From positions 186,001 to 250,000 of the forward strand of contig JAHLTZ010000009.1 in assembly GCA_025786725.1 (NCBI GenBank): a stretch of DNA of 64,000 nucleotides, read 5' to 3'. Below are positions 45,012-58,483 of this stretch, in pieces (position 1 is the stretch's first letter; every line of letters starts with the position of its first letter). Position numbers and translations under genes: made by a program. The notes beneath the pieces are model-generated. The model searched no databases, had not been told where the DNA came from, and worked only from the letters and a program-made list of their open reading frames with translations. The DNA comes from Syncephalis fuscata S228. Its lineage: Eukaryota; Fungi; Zoopagomycota.

Positions 45012-48000
45012 GTAAAACTTACTATGTTTACTAGGCCTTCGTGTAAAAGTAGCTTCATTAGAACAACCAGGGAACCATGATGTGTGTTTTAGTCGTTGTA
45101 TAACTTTTGATAATATCTTTGTAGGCTGACATGTCTTGTTATTTGCTATATCATAAACTAGTTCATTAAGAAATACAGCCGGTACAAATCCATCCGCTAA
45201 TACTTCAAGTAAATAGGCTATATAGGTAGCAACACCACTATGGGATGCCCGACCCATCTTCCACTCTTCTAATAAGGCCCACAATAATGGACTTGTAGGT
45301 AGACGAGTGGCAATTGATTCAAGATAAGCTGTCCATGTCTGTACTAGTGCATGTTGTTCATTATCTGACTCGCCATCAATCAACATCGCCGATGATGATG
45401 ATGATGAAAGCGGATGTTTGTCTAAAATACGTGTCACTATTTGAGCCACTGCATCTGATACAGTATACGGTGATGCAGTACATGTATTAATGGCTTTTCC
45501 TATTACTTTTAATGCTTCCATGGCTTCTACAGACAATGGTTGTCCCAGTTTGTTCATTTGAATAAAGGCATTGACATAGGCACATGCTTCAAGACGATGA
45601 TGTTCAAATAGACTTGATTCACTTAGACCGCGAATAACCACTTCAGCTGCCAATGATCTTACGGCAGCACATGGTGAACTAACACTTAGTGCTAATGGAC
45701 CAGATAGTAATACAGATAGCGTATCTATTAACAATATTAATGGCAATTATCAATAATTAGTAGATGATCATTATAATATATCCATACTTACTTGGTTGAT
45801 GTGTGTTTTTATTACCATAACTCGTCTTCATTAATCTTAAATAGCCAAGTTGTAATCGTGGATGAATAGTTGATAGATCAGCCGGTAATAATTTGATCAA
45901 ATTAAACTTTTGACCGGCCATTTGCTAATATTGTCATTAACAAGTTAATATTACATTATTAGTATTATTATTATTCTATATATCCATCTACTTACTTTGC
46001 CTTGATAACAAAGATAATAGCCAACAACACTGATGGCCTTTTCTGATAGTAAATCTCCTCGTTGATCATCCGATTTCTTGGCTACTAATCCAATAATGGT
46101 CTGTACATCAGGCAGTGAGAGCCATAGACGTAGTTGAATATCCTCTAATGTAGATTGCCATATAGCTGGACTTTTACTCTGGACTATCATGGCTTGTAGA
46201 GCTGCTTCAATATTGGCCATTTTAGTTAGTATTCTTTCCACACCACATAATGTTGTAAATTGCACCAGTCCACTAGCATGTTGAAGTCCTCGACTAAGTA
46301 ATGTACGTGATAGTGGTGGTTGAGGTAATACATGTGTCATAATGGCCGTTACTGGTGGTGGCAGTAGAGTGGCATCCAATGATGGTATTGGTAATCCTAA
46401 AATCTTTTGTAGTAAGGCCATATTGGCCAACCATGGTGTTGAAAGTCTTGGTTCAAAGCTGATAGCATTTGCTCTCCAATAACTATCGATAGGGTAATTA
46501 GCACTGTAATTGGCAACGATGCTCATAGTAATATACATACACTGTTAAGATATTAGGCCATGTACGAAGAATATAGAGTAACAAGTCGCGTTGTTTTACA
46601 TCTTCTGTTGGTTTAAGTAATGGCAGTAAGCGTAGAATAATCGTTGTTCTCCACTGGTTGGTGAACGTCGACGAGCTGTTGTTGTTGTTGCCGTATCGTT
46701 ACTTGATGTCTCTGTCTCTTTTATAGCTGTATTTATTTCACTGGCTTGCCAATGACTATCAACATTGCCACCTAATCCATATTGTGGACTGCAAATAGTT
46801 TCAAAAAACTCATAAACTACAGTCGGAATACGGCCTATATGTATTGAAAATAGTTTAACAATCTATTATTAACAATATAATTAGTATACACGATAATTAA
46901 TAGGAAAGCGTGTTTGATATCTATAAACATACATGTTCAAGGATAGACGGTGTAAAGATGCTTATTACTTCAGATCGTGGTAATCGCTGATCTTGTACAA
47001 TATGGTTCTTTAAGGTATTTAAAGTGGTCTCAATAATCTAATTATAAATTAGTATATACAGTCTAATAAGTAATGTCCATTTACCTCTTCTTCAGTGTCC
47101 ATTGAAAGATGACTCAACACACCAGTGGTAAATTCTTTACTAGAAACAATTGTTCTTTTTACCATAATGTCACCATACTGAATAAATGAAAGCATAAATC
47201 GAACATAATGACTACGTTCTAATAATACAGCCATAGTCAGTATTAATACTATTGACACTAGTAATAGTTGCAATCAATATTACCTGATGGTTTATTAAAT
47301 GTTTTATCGCTAGTATCATCTTTAGGTTGCGCCTTTGATTGACTGGCAATACGACGTAGTGCCTATAATGTCGTTGAATAATCAGTATTTGAATTATTTA
47401 TTTTTATTACTACTTACATTAAGAGAGAAATTGAAATTGGCATATAGTTCTCCGGTAATAGTTGATCCCTGTGCGTTCATAGCTGTTAATAGTGCTAGTG
47501 CAGCTATTTTAGCATCGGATTTTGATGAAGATAATAGGCGATAAACTAATTTCATTCGATCTTGTGTAATTAATCGGGCCAGATTTACACCAGTTTGTCG
47601 TAATTCTGACAGTCGATAACAACGCCGTAGTAATTCGCCAAAACTAGATACCAACAGTGTATCAAATGTCATATTACTCAACTAATCACTGATTTAATAT
47701 ATTATTCGATTATATATTATGTATACACAACTTACCTCGCGTGACCGATCCCATAGTCGTGTTAATTCCTCAAGGTTACCGGTACGTAAATAGGCATCAA
47801 GTAAGCCAATACCTGGTGCTGCATTCGCCCGTGCCTCTAATTCATATTTAAGACATTTTAACGCTACAATATACATAGTGGCCATTGAATTAGTAAACCG
47901 TCTGCATTCAACTCGTCTATTTACCTCGCTCAAATAAAACCAATTGTTCATTCTTTACTGCTGCATATAGATCGGCAATAGTCGTAAAGGCCGTTGGATC

Positions 48001-48039
48001 GTATAGCTTCTCTGACGCTAGAGACACGACATCAGCCAT
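40968..48039 (-). CDS. URB1: Nucleolar pre-ribosomal-associated protein Urb1/Npa1, many exons
   Basis: Very large helical protein; FEPRLSTPWLAN, LYDPAYFLP, HFMYPLVNGFLLQRPIIDLEDVPMLYSLF, WMLHLLVHGL...DYPLYRRRHVIDL (NopRA1-like C-terminus). Confidence 0.85.
44419..44494 (-). other. U12-type GT-AG intron in URB1
   Basis: Minus-strand 5' site GTATCCTTTT, branch-like TACTTAAC (44444-51), 3' TTATAG. Splicing joins EIITYP-GPLKQLMRCL in frame. Confidence 0.8.
44979..45008. repeat. (AAT)n microsatellite in a URB1 intron
   Basis: Run of about 10 AAT units; it produces the spurious poly-Y and poly-I ORF tails. Confidence 0.9.
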
Positions 48040-48397
48040 GTTGAATGAATGTGAATGAGCGGGAAAAGGAATTCAATATTTTTCTTTTTTTCTTGGTGTT
48101 AAAATACATGTTTTTATTTTTAAACCAAAATTTCAATAGTGTAACTTTATTTATTTAATTTGGGCTATATTTTGCACTTGAATAAGTTAAATAATTGTTT
48201 AAACATAGTATAAATGTTATTAAATATTAAGCATGTATATAGACAAACTTGATTGCTAGAGAAATACTAATTGTACTAGATGAGACTATTCTGCTCCTTT
48301 GATTTGTACAATTTTCTTGAAATTCTAATGTTTAATAACAGTTCTAATTAGTTATTTAATAAAAGATCTGTATTGATTCACTTTATACCTTTAGCGA

Positions 48398-50187
48398 CTA
48401 TACAGTTTTTGTTATTAGTCTTGGTGGCACATCCGCTTCCATCCAATGGCTAAAGACAAACGATATAGCACTCAGACCAGCCAGCGAACTCCAGATTAAT
48501 AATGAATTAAAAGGGAAAGGCAGACCACTATTAACGGACCAGCCCCATACAGTGCTGGTAAATATCGGAGAAATACCGTAGGCAAGCGAGGATAAACCCC
48601 AGGTCAGGCCATTGAGTATACCTAGCATACCGGTGCGTGATGCGGCATCATTAAACTAAAATAGTTCAAATAAGTATAGTATAATAACAATAAACTACTA
48701 CTTACTAAAAGCAACGAACTCGTCGTGGTAAGTGACATGGCAAAAGAATGAGCGCCAATACAAAGTGCCACACCCACCCATATATACACGGGAAGTGATC
48801 CAACGGTAGCATCAGTGGCGACAATTGCCTGTAATAAAGGCAGGACAAGTATGGCTGGCAGTTCAATAAGTAGCCCAATTTGAAATAGTTTTAAAGATCC
48901 GGCAAAATACTGCATTGGCACGTATAAGACTGAGTGGGTAAATACATTGACAATGCCTGAAAAAGCGACTAGAGTGCCGATCTGTTTAGGAAGCATAGAT
49001 AAACCACCATCTTCAACGGCTGTGGGTAGCCATACAAGAATGAGGGCAATAAAAGAAGAATGGATTAAATAGGCCACTGTAATGGCTACCATAGGAGGAA
49101 TACAGCTACGTAGCATGGGATGAGTAAATAAGTGGCGTAGCGCTAGTTTCTCTGGTATTAATTGCTTAATCTGCTTAATCTGTTCAACATCAAGTAGTTC
49201 TGCTACAAGTTCTTCGGAGCTTCTTTAGGCAATAGCGGTTGCTCATCGGCACTGTCTGTATCATGTTCGCTTGCTTTATCACTTTTATCGTGCTTTTTTA
49301 ATGTTTCTTTGTTAAAGCACAGCGACATTATAAATCCAACGGCCAGTAAAGTCGTACTCATTAATAGCGGAAGTAAATACGGATACAAAGTAAATATGGA
49401 TACGCTATTAATTGACGGTTTCGGCATTGATTTAGATAAATAGCCGCCTATAATTGGGCCAATCGTATTTGCTGCGCCATACCCAAGAGATAACAAGCGA
49501 AATCCATAGGCTATATAATTTATAATATTAGCAATTAATGAGATGATGTACAATAAAATAACTACCTTGAGTTCTAACACTAGTGAGTTCACCGACAATA
49601 GTTCTCCAGATGCTTAGACTGCCATTTAAGAAACCAAGCAACGTTATCCCCAAAATGGCAATGGAGAACGTAGGTGCTATACCAATGATTAATGGACATA
49701 AAACAGAACCAAACTGCGCCACCAGCAACGGAGGTCGTCGACCAAACCGATCGGCAATCCATCCCCAACCAATACCTAAAAGTGTTTAGTGTTTAATAAT
49801 GCAACATAGATATCACACTTACTTCCCAAGGCATTAGCAGTGTTCATTACAGATAAAAATATGCCTACAAAAATACCAACATCTGCTGCTTTGGAATCGG
49901 GATAAAAATTACTGACCTGTTTACACAGTTGAATTAGTAACAAATATCAAATGTTTATATGTTAAATATTTACCATCTGTTTCAAAAATTATTATCGAAT
50001 ATAGTTAGTACATAAATAAGCATTATATAATTGTCCTCACTTGATGCAGAAATGGATAGCAGGTGGTAATGGCAATAATACCTGCTGCATAACAAAATGC
50101 TGCAACAAACAGCTGTTTTTTAGGCAAATGTGCTACCACATCCATCTCATCTTCTATGGCCGATTTAAATCGTTTATATATTGCCAT
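48398..50187 (-). CDS. MFS transporter (DHA1/ZIFL-like)
   Basis: GWIADRFGRRP motif A, WRTIVGELTS, IGPIIGGYL, multiple hydrophobic segments. Contains a 3-nt exon at 49974-76. Confidence 0.88.
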
Positions 50188-50415
50188 GGTCAAACAATAA
50201 TAAGCTGAAATAAAAACAAAAATATCAAATATTTACTTTGAAAATTAAATGGGATGATGCACATACAGATGACGTGTTCCAGCAATGGCTACGCAATCAT
50301 ACACGAGCATGGTAGCACAAATAGCTTTATTTAGTAGATATACAGCTATTTTGAACATAGTTTATATAAAATTATATAACGTGTATAGCTATATAGCTGC
50401 CATATAACAGCTGCT

Positions 50416-51785
50416 TCATTGTTTCAAAAGATCAAATTTTTTAACAAAAAGCATGTTCTATAGCAAATTAGTTAGTTATTATTTATTAAAGCATTAGAGC
50501 TACACACCTTAAACCAATGTGGCATAAACGACAAAAACCAAAAGAGAGTCGAATGAGTACCAGCGTATATTTCCTTAGGTGGTGATTTCTTTAATAAAGG
50601 ACGCACTACTTGACGGCAAAAGTCTTCCGTGGATGTGCGACCCGGCTCTAATAATAGGTATATAGTAAGCCATCTATAATCTATTATAGCGATATTGTAT
50701 AATTACCTTGTGACATGTGCACTCGTTTTTCTACTCTTTCTTTGAACGGCTCATATAAAGTGCCTATTATTGTCGTAGTTAAAATCATGGCATAGTAATT
50801 ATTTATTGCCTACCTTCTTTCCAAACAAATTCCTCCATACTATTGTCAGCAATATTGGACTGAATAGAACTGGAAATAGTATATTAGTTGTTGTTGATGC
50901 AATACATAATAAATTACCCCGGATAGACTGTGGTCACATTAACATTAAATGGCAATAGTTCCAAACGAAGAACATCTGACATAGCATGTACAGCCGCCTT
51001 GGAAGAAGCATAAATTGCTAAATAGCTACAATTAAACAGAATCACTACTAATGTTTATTGTAACACTTACTTGCCCAAGGAATAGGACATATGCCGGCAA
51101 TAGAACCTATATTAACAATATTGCCTGAACGACGCTTCATCATATGTGGCGCAACAATTTGTGTCATGGCCAATAATCCCCACACATTAGTGTCATAAAT
51201 TTTACGAGCAATTGTAAGATCCTGATCAATGCCTGGTGCAGTACGGGATAAACCAGCATTATTGACCAAAATATCTATTAATTTGTATAAATTAATACTA
51301 ATATTGATGTTGTTTATTTAACAGTACATACCAATTCGTCCTTCAGTTTCAATAATTGTCTAAGTTATTATTATTATTATTAGTAACTGATAAACTATCA
51401 TTTTCTTTATTACATTAACTGCACTGTTCATCGTTTCTGGCCGAGTTACATCCAATGATAAAGCGTGAATGCCCAATGCTAATCAATGTGTAAATACAAG
51501 CAAGTTGCTAATAGCACACTCACCTTCAAGCTCTGACATGGCCTCGAGTCGTCTAGCCGTGGCATAAACTATACATCCATTCTAATATAGAAACGAATAG
51601 CCATTAGCATTAATAACAGTAATTGAAACCTTATGTTTACCTGTGCAAATTCAGCAGCAAGACCTGCACCTACGACATGATATCAGCTTGCGAGTCTCTA
51701 TTTTAACCAGCCACCACTCACCAATGCCTCCTTTACTGCAGCCTGTAATAAGCACAACTTTTCGTTCTTGATTACCTGTCGACAT
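50416..51785 (-). CDS. AYR1: Short-chain dehydrogenase, Ayr1 (1-acyl-DHAP reductase)-like
   Basis: KVVLITGCSKGGIG, VYATARRLEAM, ILVNNAG, VNIGSIAG, YASSKAAVHAMSDVLRLELLPFNV. Confidence 0.85.
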
Positions 51786-52213
51786 AGTAGTATGACAAAG
51801 TATTTAACTAAGCAGCACCAAAACCACTAAAATATTGCTGGATGAAAGAGAAACGAACTTTAGTATTGCTAGCACCTTCAAACTGCTTATTTATCCAAAA
51901 TTGTAAATTTAGCATAGGTGGCACACTCCACGTCATATCAGTACTTGCATGGAATACATGTGTTCGGCACTATATATAACCGAGGTTACTCAAACAGCAC
52001 TAGTTGTTAGTAAAACAGCCAAAGCATAAATATCAGTCTCTATTTATTATAACTATTAATTATTGGACATATTTACTTTCAGTGATTATTACAATTAACT
52101 TAGTATAGTGTCGCCAATACTAAATACCTAGTTATCCATTTTATTTTATAAACCATATGGTATTTATTTTATTATGAATAAAAATATTGTACCGATCCAA
52201 AGAATCAGTAATA

Positions 52214-53810
52214 TTACTTGTAGCCTATGGATTTTTGGCATGAATAACACTAGGACCACGTTGATTGTAGTCGGCTTTGGTTATAAAATTCTTTGAATCA
52301 CTTAGTGCCACCTATTTAAATTAAACATTTATCGTTAATACGGGCATTTAATAGATTTAAATAGTTTATCCTACCTTGGACAGAATGCTTGCTCCTAAAA
52401 TACCAAATAGTTCTGGATGTTCTCGATATTCGCCAAGATAGTCGGGCACACCAACAAAGCGTATTGATGACATTTGTGCTTCACCGCCATTCTCGCTAGC
52501 CGGAAATAGCTTGGATAGTTCAAACTCTAGCCGCTCCCGCAATCCTATGTCATAATGAGTTAATTAATGGTATTTTGTTGTGTTATTATCATTATGGTTA
52601 TCAATTTACCATTTAGATGGGCACCACCACCGGTTAATATTACATACTCGCACAATGCTGATCGTTTGTCTACTTCACACGCCATGACAGCAGTGGAGAG
52701 TGCTTTTGCTAGCGATGGCAGATCCTTGCCAATCAGATGTGGATCAAACAATGGTTCAGCAAAGACCTGATGTGCACTATGGATTGTAATCTATTATTCT
52801 TACATATTAATTTACGCATTACTGTATCTTATAGATCCATACCTTGTTATTCTGATATTCTACTTGCTGTTTCTCATGTTTATCTGTAGATGTGTGCAAT
52901 ACATTACAGTTATTTGATTGGCGTAAATATTGTGCCAAACTTTCCAATAATGATGGATCAATGTTTGGCTCTACTTGTCCCGGTGCCTGTAGCAGCTTTA
53001 ACAAATAGAGATCCAAATCGGCTGTGCCCATTTCCATTCGTTGATTGGCATGTCGCTGTACAAATCCATCAATCACTGGCGTGATAACTAATACAAACCA
53101 CTATTAAATTAGTTTATTTTAATTAATCAATCAATGACTTGCCAATAGTTTCATATCCAATATCAATAACTACACCTGTCGTTGTGCCTACGCCATAGGC
53201 TGTTAACAATGGCTGATCCACCATCATCATGGCCGGCGTATTGAGCTGTTCAAATAGTATTTGCGTAACACGTTCTCTTTCGCGTTTATTCCAATCTTCA
53301 GGCACGCCCATAACAATTGGCGAGTTATTAGTAACACGTCGACAGCCCAGCTGAGTAAATAGAATATGATCGCTAAATACACTTATTAAAATTGTACTTT
53401 ATCATTATCATAGCGTGATAATTACCATAAAGCGGCAAATCGTGTCCAGTCGACAATACGACCTGTTTGAATGGGCCGCAAAACAGTATCTTCGCACTGA
53501 CTGGCCAGTGACTCGGCTTCTGCGCCAAATATCCACTGCTCTTCCGAATCTATTTCATCGTCGCCTTTCTCTTCTTCTCCTATTTCCGCAGTGCTCTGCT
53601 CAAGTGGTGGCTGGGTCTTGCGCGCCACCACTGTCGTTGAGAATTGCTTATTTTCACATTAATAAATTATTTATTTACTCGCGTTTCTAACGTATTAGTT
53701 ACCGGTAATGTTGGTGGACCTGTAGGATCGGCAACTCCTCGAGTGGCCCGAAAATAACGCGAGCCACACAGTAAAGTGACCACGTTGTCTTCGCGAAGAG
53801 CTTGTTGCAT
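52214..53810 (-). CDS. ARP9: Nuclear actin-related protein, Arp9-like
   Basis: LREDNVVTL, RPIQTGRIVDW, RVTQILFEQLNTP, GVVIDIG, VILTGGGA, VPDYLGEYRE, FITKADYNQRGP. GC-AG intron 53088-53142. Confidence 0.75.
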
Positions 53811-53979
53811 GTTGAATAAAAAATATCCACGGCGACAAAGTGGTGAGGAAAAGAGAAACAGCGAATTGATTAAATAAAACACTCAAACACTAGCTGTAAT
53901 GACGATATCCATAATAACTTTACTTCTTCACTTTTGTAATTCACTCTGTTTACTCTACCAGAGCGTATTGCAACACAAC

Positions 53980-56900
53980 ATGTCGCGACACCGCAATATA
54001 CGCAATCTTGCCACAGAAGGTAGTTTGATACTTATTATCTAAAAGCGTATACACTCAATACCTAAGCGAATTAATAGATTATGGCGATGATGCCTATGAC
54101 GAAGAATATGGAGATGACTATGAAGGAATCCCAGAGCTTAACGATGAGCAAGAAGGTATAGAACTACTTGTAATGATTAATGCAGTCATGAAATTAACGG
54201 TAAATCAATAGAGGACATGCAACTAGGAACTGTGCAAGTACGCTCGCTGTTGGGCGACGAGATATCAATTACCGATGAAAAGATTCGCGAAACACTTTGG
54301 TATTATTACTTTGACATAAATCAAACTGTTGACTGGTTACTACGTAAGTTAAAAGTAAAACATATGAAATGAATCAATATTAATAAATAATATGTTAATA
54401 ATATATATATATATATATATTAGAAGAACAAATAAAAGCCAAAAAACAATCAATTGCTACAACTACAACAACAAAGTCAAAAAATACATCGGGTAAGTTT
54501 ATTTAATATGAATAGATGGAAAACAATAAGCGCAAAAGTAAAAAGGGGAGCGTATGAATATGAAAATATATAAATATAAATATTTGTGTGTGGTACTGGG
54601 TGTCTGACGGCTCAGTCGTAGGAGATGCCGCGATGGCGGTTTCGAGCGTTGATCATCATTTTGATAAAGCAGTATTGGTCACTTCAATGGCATCTACAGT
54701 GTCACCATCGACGAGGTCATTAAGCGATTTATTGAATCAAAATACGATGAAAGGAGGAATGGGCCTACGTGGATTGGCCTTGCCATCGTCGCCATCTTCC
54801 TTAAACTTGGCAGGAAATAGTTTATCAAGTCAACGTGATACTGCCGCAAAAGTCTCTTTACAGAATATTAGTAGCCATAGCAATGTTAATAGTGGTAGTG
54901 GTGTTGGTGGTTTACGGCAACTTGCTTCACTTGGTGGTGGTCAAAGTTTAAAAAGCATATCAAGTGGATCTACATCAAGTTTGGCGGCTATTGCAGCAGT
55001 AAGGGCCAATTTGTCCAACAATATCATTAAAACGCCGTCTATTTTAAATCAAGCAACTAAAAGTGATGCAGCAACAACATCTACACGGCCTATGCCCTTA
55101 TCGTTAATTAATATGGGCAAATCCACGACTACATCTTCTTCAATAGCCAATGCATTAAGCGGAACATCTTTAAAATCGTTAATGCAAAAAGACGGCAATA
55201 ATCAATTGCCTGCCATTAACGCCGCTACTACCACTACCACTTCTGCTACTGCTACTAGTGTTATGAATATAGAAAAAAATGAATGGATTGCTGCGCCTTC
55301 ATCATTTGCTTCTTTTATATTTGCAAATATTTATACTATGCACTGTCCAGTGAATGAACCATCAATGACGTCTTTACTAACATTTAATACTTTAACATCG
55401 CCAATTTCATCGATAAATGTTATAGATAAACGACAAGATAATTCACGTAAAGAAACAAAACAAGCATTGGCAGGACAACAACAGCAGCAAAAAACATTCA
55501 AGTTTGATAGTCCAAGTCCCGATGATGTTGTATTAAAGGCACAATCACAGCGTACTGGACAGAAAAGTACGTATTGCTATATTAATGTATATTAATTGGT
55601 TAATTTAATTGTAAATAATAATTAGCAAGCAAATCTAAAGAAAGTGCTCAATCCAATGATACAACACAATTTGAAATGGATATGGCCAGTCTAAATATTA
55701 ATGTGGCAAATGAAAGTGGCAATACATCGACATCTATAAAACACACACCAAAGAAAGGAAAGCTTGATGTGTTGAAGGAATTGGAGAAGCGGGAACGGCC
55801 CAATATTAATCTTATTGTTATCGGTAAGTGAAGAGTTAAAAATTATATTAATTTATTGATTTATTAATTGGCTAATATTGATAGGACATGTGGATGCGGG
55901 TAAAAGTACATTGCTAGGACATTTATTATATCTACAAGGCAACATTAATGAACACACTTATAAAAAATATCCTTGTTTATCTATTAATATTTACAATATG
56001 TATAATAATAGGATATGTTCTTAATACTAGACGATATATACAAATGAACGAGAGGCTCAAAATATTGGTAAAGGATCATTCGCACATGCTTGGGTATTGG
56101 ATGCTACAGAGGAAGAACGATCTCGGTAAGTATTACTAGATAATAGTATTGTAACAATACTAATAAATAATGTACAGTGGTATTACAATGGACGTGGCCA
56201 CAACTAGTTTAGAAACAAAGCATCGTAAATTTACTTTATTAGATGCGCCAGGCCATCGCGATTTTGTACCACGTATGATTTCAGGAGCCGCTCAAGTAAG
56301 AATGAAATGATAGATAAAGAGATATTAGCTGTATTTATCTATTCAATCTATATTCATAGGCAGATGCAGCCATTCTTGTCATTGATGCTTCTAAAGGAGG
56401 CTTTGAGGCAGGATTTGGTCAGCGAGGACAAACACGGGAGCATGTGGTGTTGGCGCGCAGTCTTGGTATTCAACAGCTAATTGTAGCTATTAATAAAATG
56501 GATACAGTAAGTTGATTGCTAACAAGTAAGCGTTATTGATGAATAATGCCATTCTATAAATACATAGGTTGATTGGTCAGCTACCCGATTCAATGAAATT
56601 AAAGAGCAGTTAAATGCTTATTTGATTCAAACGGGATTCAAGTCAAATAGCATTTCTTTTATACCGTGTAGCGGTATGAATGGTGTCAATCTATTGGATC
56701 AAGGTCGTAAGGAGCCGGGATTAGAATGGTATGCTGGTGTCACTGTTGCTGAAGCCATGGGTAAGTGGTCGTGCAATGAATGATTATAAATAATGACAGT
56801 TATTAATGTATGATTATAGATAAATTCGAATCTCCTGAACGTGCGGTAGATAAACCGTTTCGCCTACCGATAGTAGATGTATTCAAGGGATCAGTACAAG

Positions 56901-57761
56901 GAGCAGGCGGTATTTCAGTCAGTGGTAGAATTGAGAGTGGCCATGTTCAAGTGGGTGATGAAGTTATGGTTCGGCCGGGCGAAGAACTATGCGTAGTCAA
57001 AGGTAAATCGAATATATAAATATATAGATAATAATGCATCGACTAAAAATAGCATAATTAGCGATGGAAGTAGGCGATGAATTACCCGACTGGGCTGCAG
57101 CAGGAGATACAGTCACTTTAACGGTCACTGGCACTGAGATGATTCATTTTGGGTAGGCTTTAGACGAGTTTAAACTAACATTTGTGATTAATGTGATTAA
57201 TAATGTGTCGCTAGTACGGGTACTATTTTATGTTCACCTTTGACACCGGTACCTGTGGTATCTCATTTTAAAGCAAGAATTGTAGTATTTGAACCAAGTA
57301 TTCCAATTACTATCGGCTATCCGGTAAGTTTAAACAGCTAAAAAAGTTGTAGCCATCGTAACAAAGTAAATGCGTATAGACGGTACTATTCCATCATAAT
57401 TTGAATATAGCCGCCACTATTGTTAAGTTGGAAGCGGTAATCGACAAAACAACCGGAGAAGTGACTAAGAAGAATCCACGGTAAGTTGCGGAATAATTAC
57501 ACAAGCAATACTAATCTTTTATTACTTACGTATTTGCAGACATTTATCAAAGTCATCGGCTGCATTAGTAGACATTCGAACTGAAAGACCCATTTGTTTA
57601 GAGCTATTTAGCACATCAAAGGAATTAGGACGCATTACACTAAGAAAAGATGCCGATACTATTGCGGCGGGAATTGTTGTGGGTAAGTAGAAATAAATAT
57701 ATACAAATTTAGACGAATGATAATAATAACGCATTGTTTATTAATAGAGATTTTTAGTTAG
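53980..57761 (+). CDS. HBS1: Hbs1/Ski7 translational GTPase, many exons
   Basis: [79 protein letters not shown]. Confidence 0.96.
55967..56041 (+). other. U12-type AT-AC intron in HBS1
   Basis: 5' site ATATCCTTG, branch TTCTTAAT 56018-25, 3' end ATAC. Removal gives [23 protein letters not shown] in frame. Confidence 0.9.
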
Positions 57762-58483
57762 CAAAAATAAATGTTTTTGTAAATGTTTTTGCGTGTAGCA
57801 TTATTGTAATGATATAAATTGGATTAGCGATTAGTTGATTGCGATGAATTTATTTAGATTGACTATTACTTTGATCCCCGGGGGTAGTAAATTATTTTAC
57901 ACAATCGATTGTAATGAGTTGATTAGATTAATTTGTATTTAAATGGCTATTTATAATAAACATTAATGTAATATAATAACATTATCGTTTTTATAAAATA
58001 GAATTGATTAGATGTAACAGAACATTGTATTAGTAATAATTTTAAGCATTTAAATAAAGAATGTAACATACTATTTAATTTCTTTAAGCATTTGAGGTCT
58101 ATCATTATTGCTGTTGGCTATGTGTAAAAGATTGATCAAATATTAACATATTACAATAAGTTATATTCTCTACAGTTATAACCACGTTAGCTATTTTAGC
58201 AATGATAGCAATAATTAGTTAACTGTTCTATTTAATTATACTAGTTTTGTTGTATTAATATATACATAGTATTTACCATTTCATTTTTACTTTTAATTTT
58301 AATATTTGCCAATTAAGTTAAATAAAATGTTATTATTATATAAAATATTGAGTATCATTTAACACTATTATACAATTTAATTAAAGTTATTGGCCATTTA
58401 GTATGATTTGTGGCTAAATGACTATTTTGATAAAGTTCAATTTATTGAACATGATGATGGCCGGTAAATGACATTAAATATCA

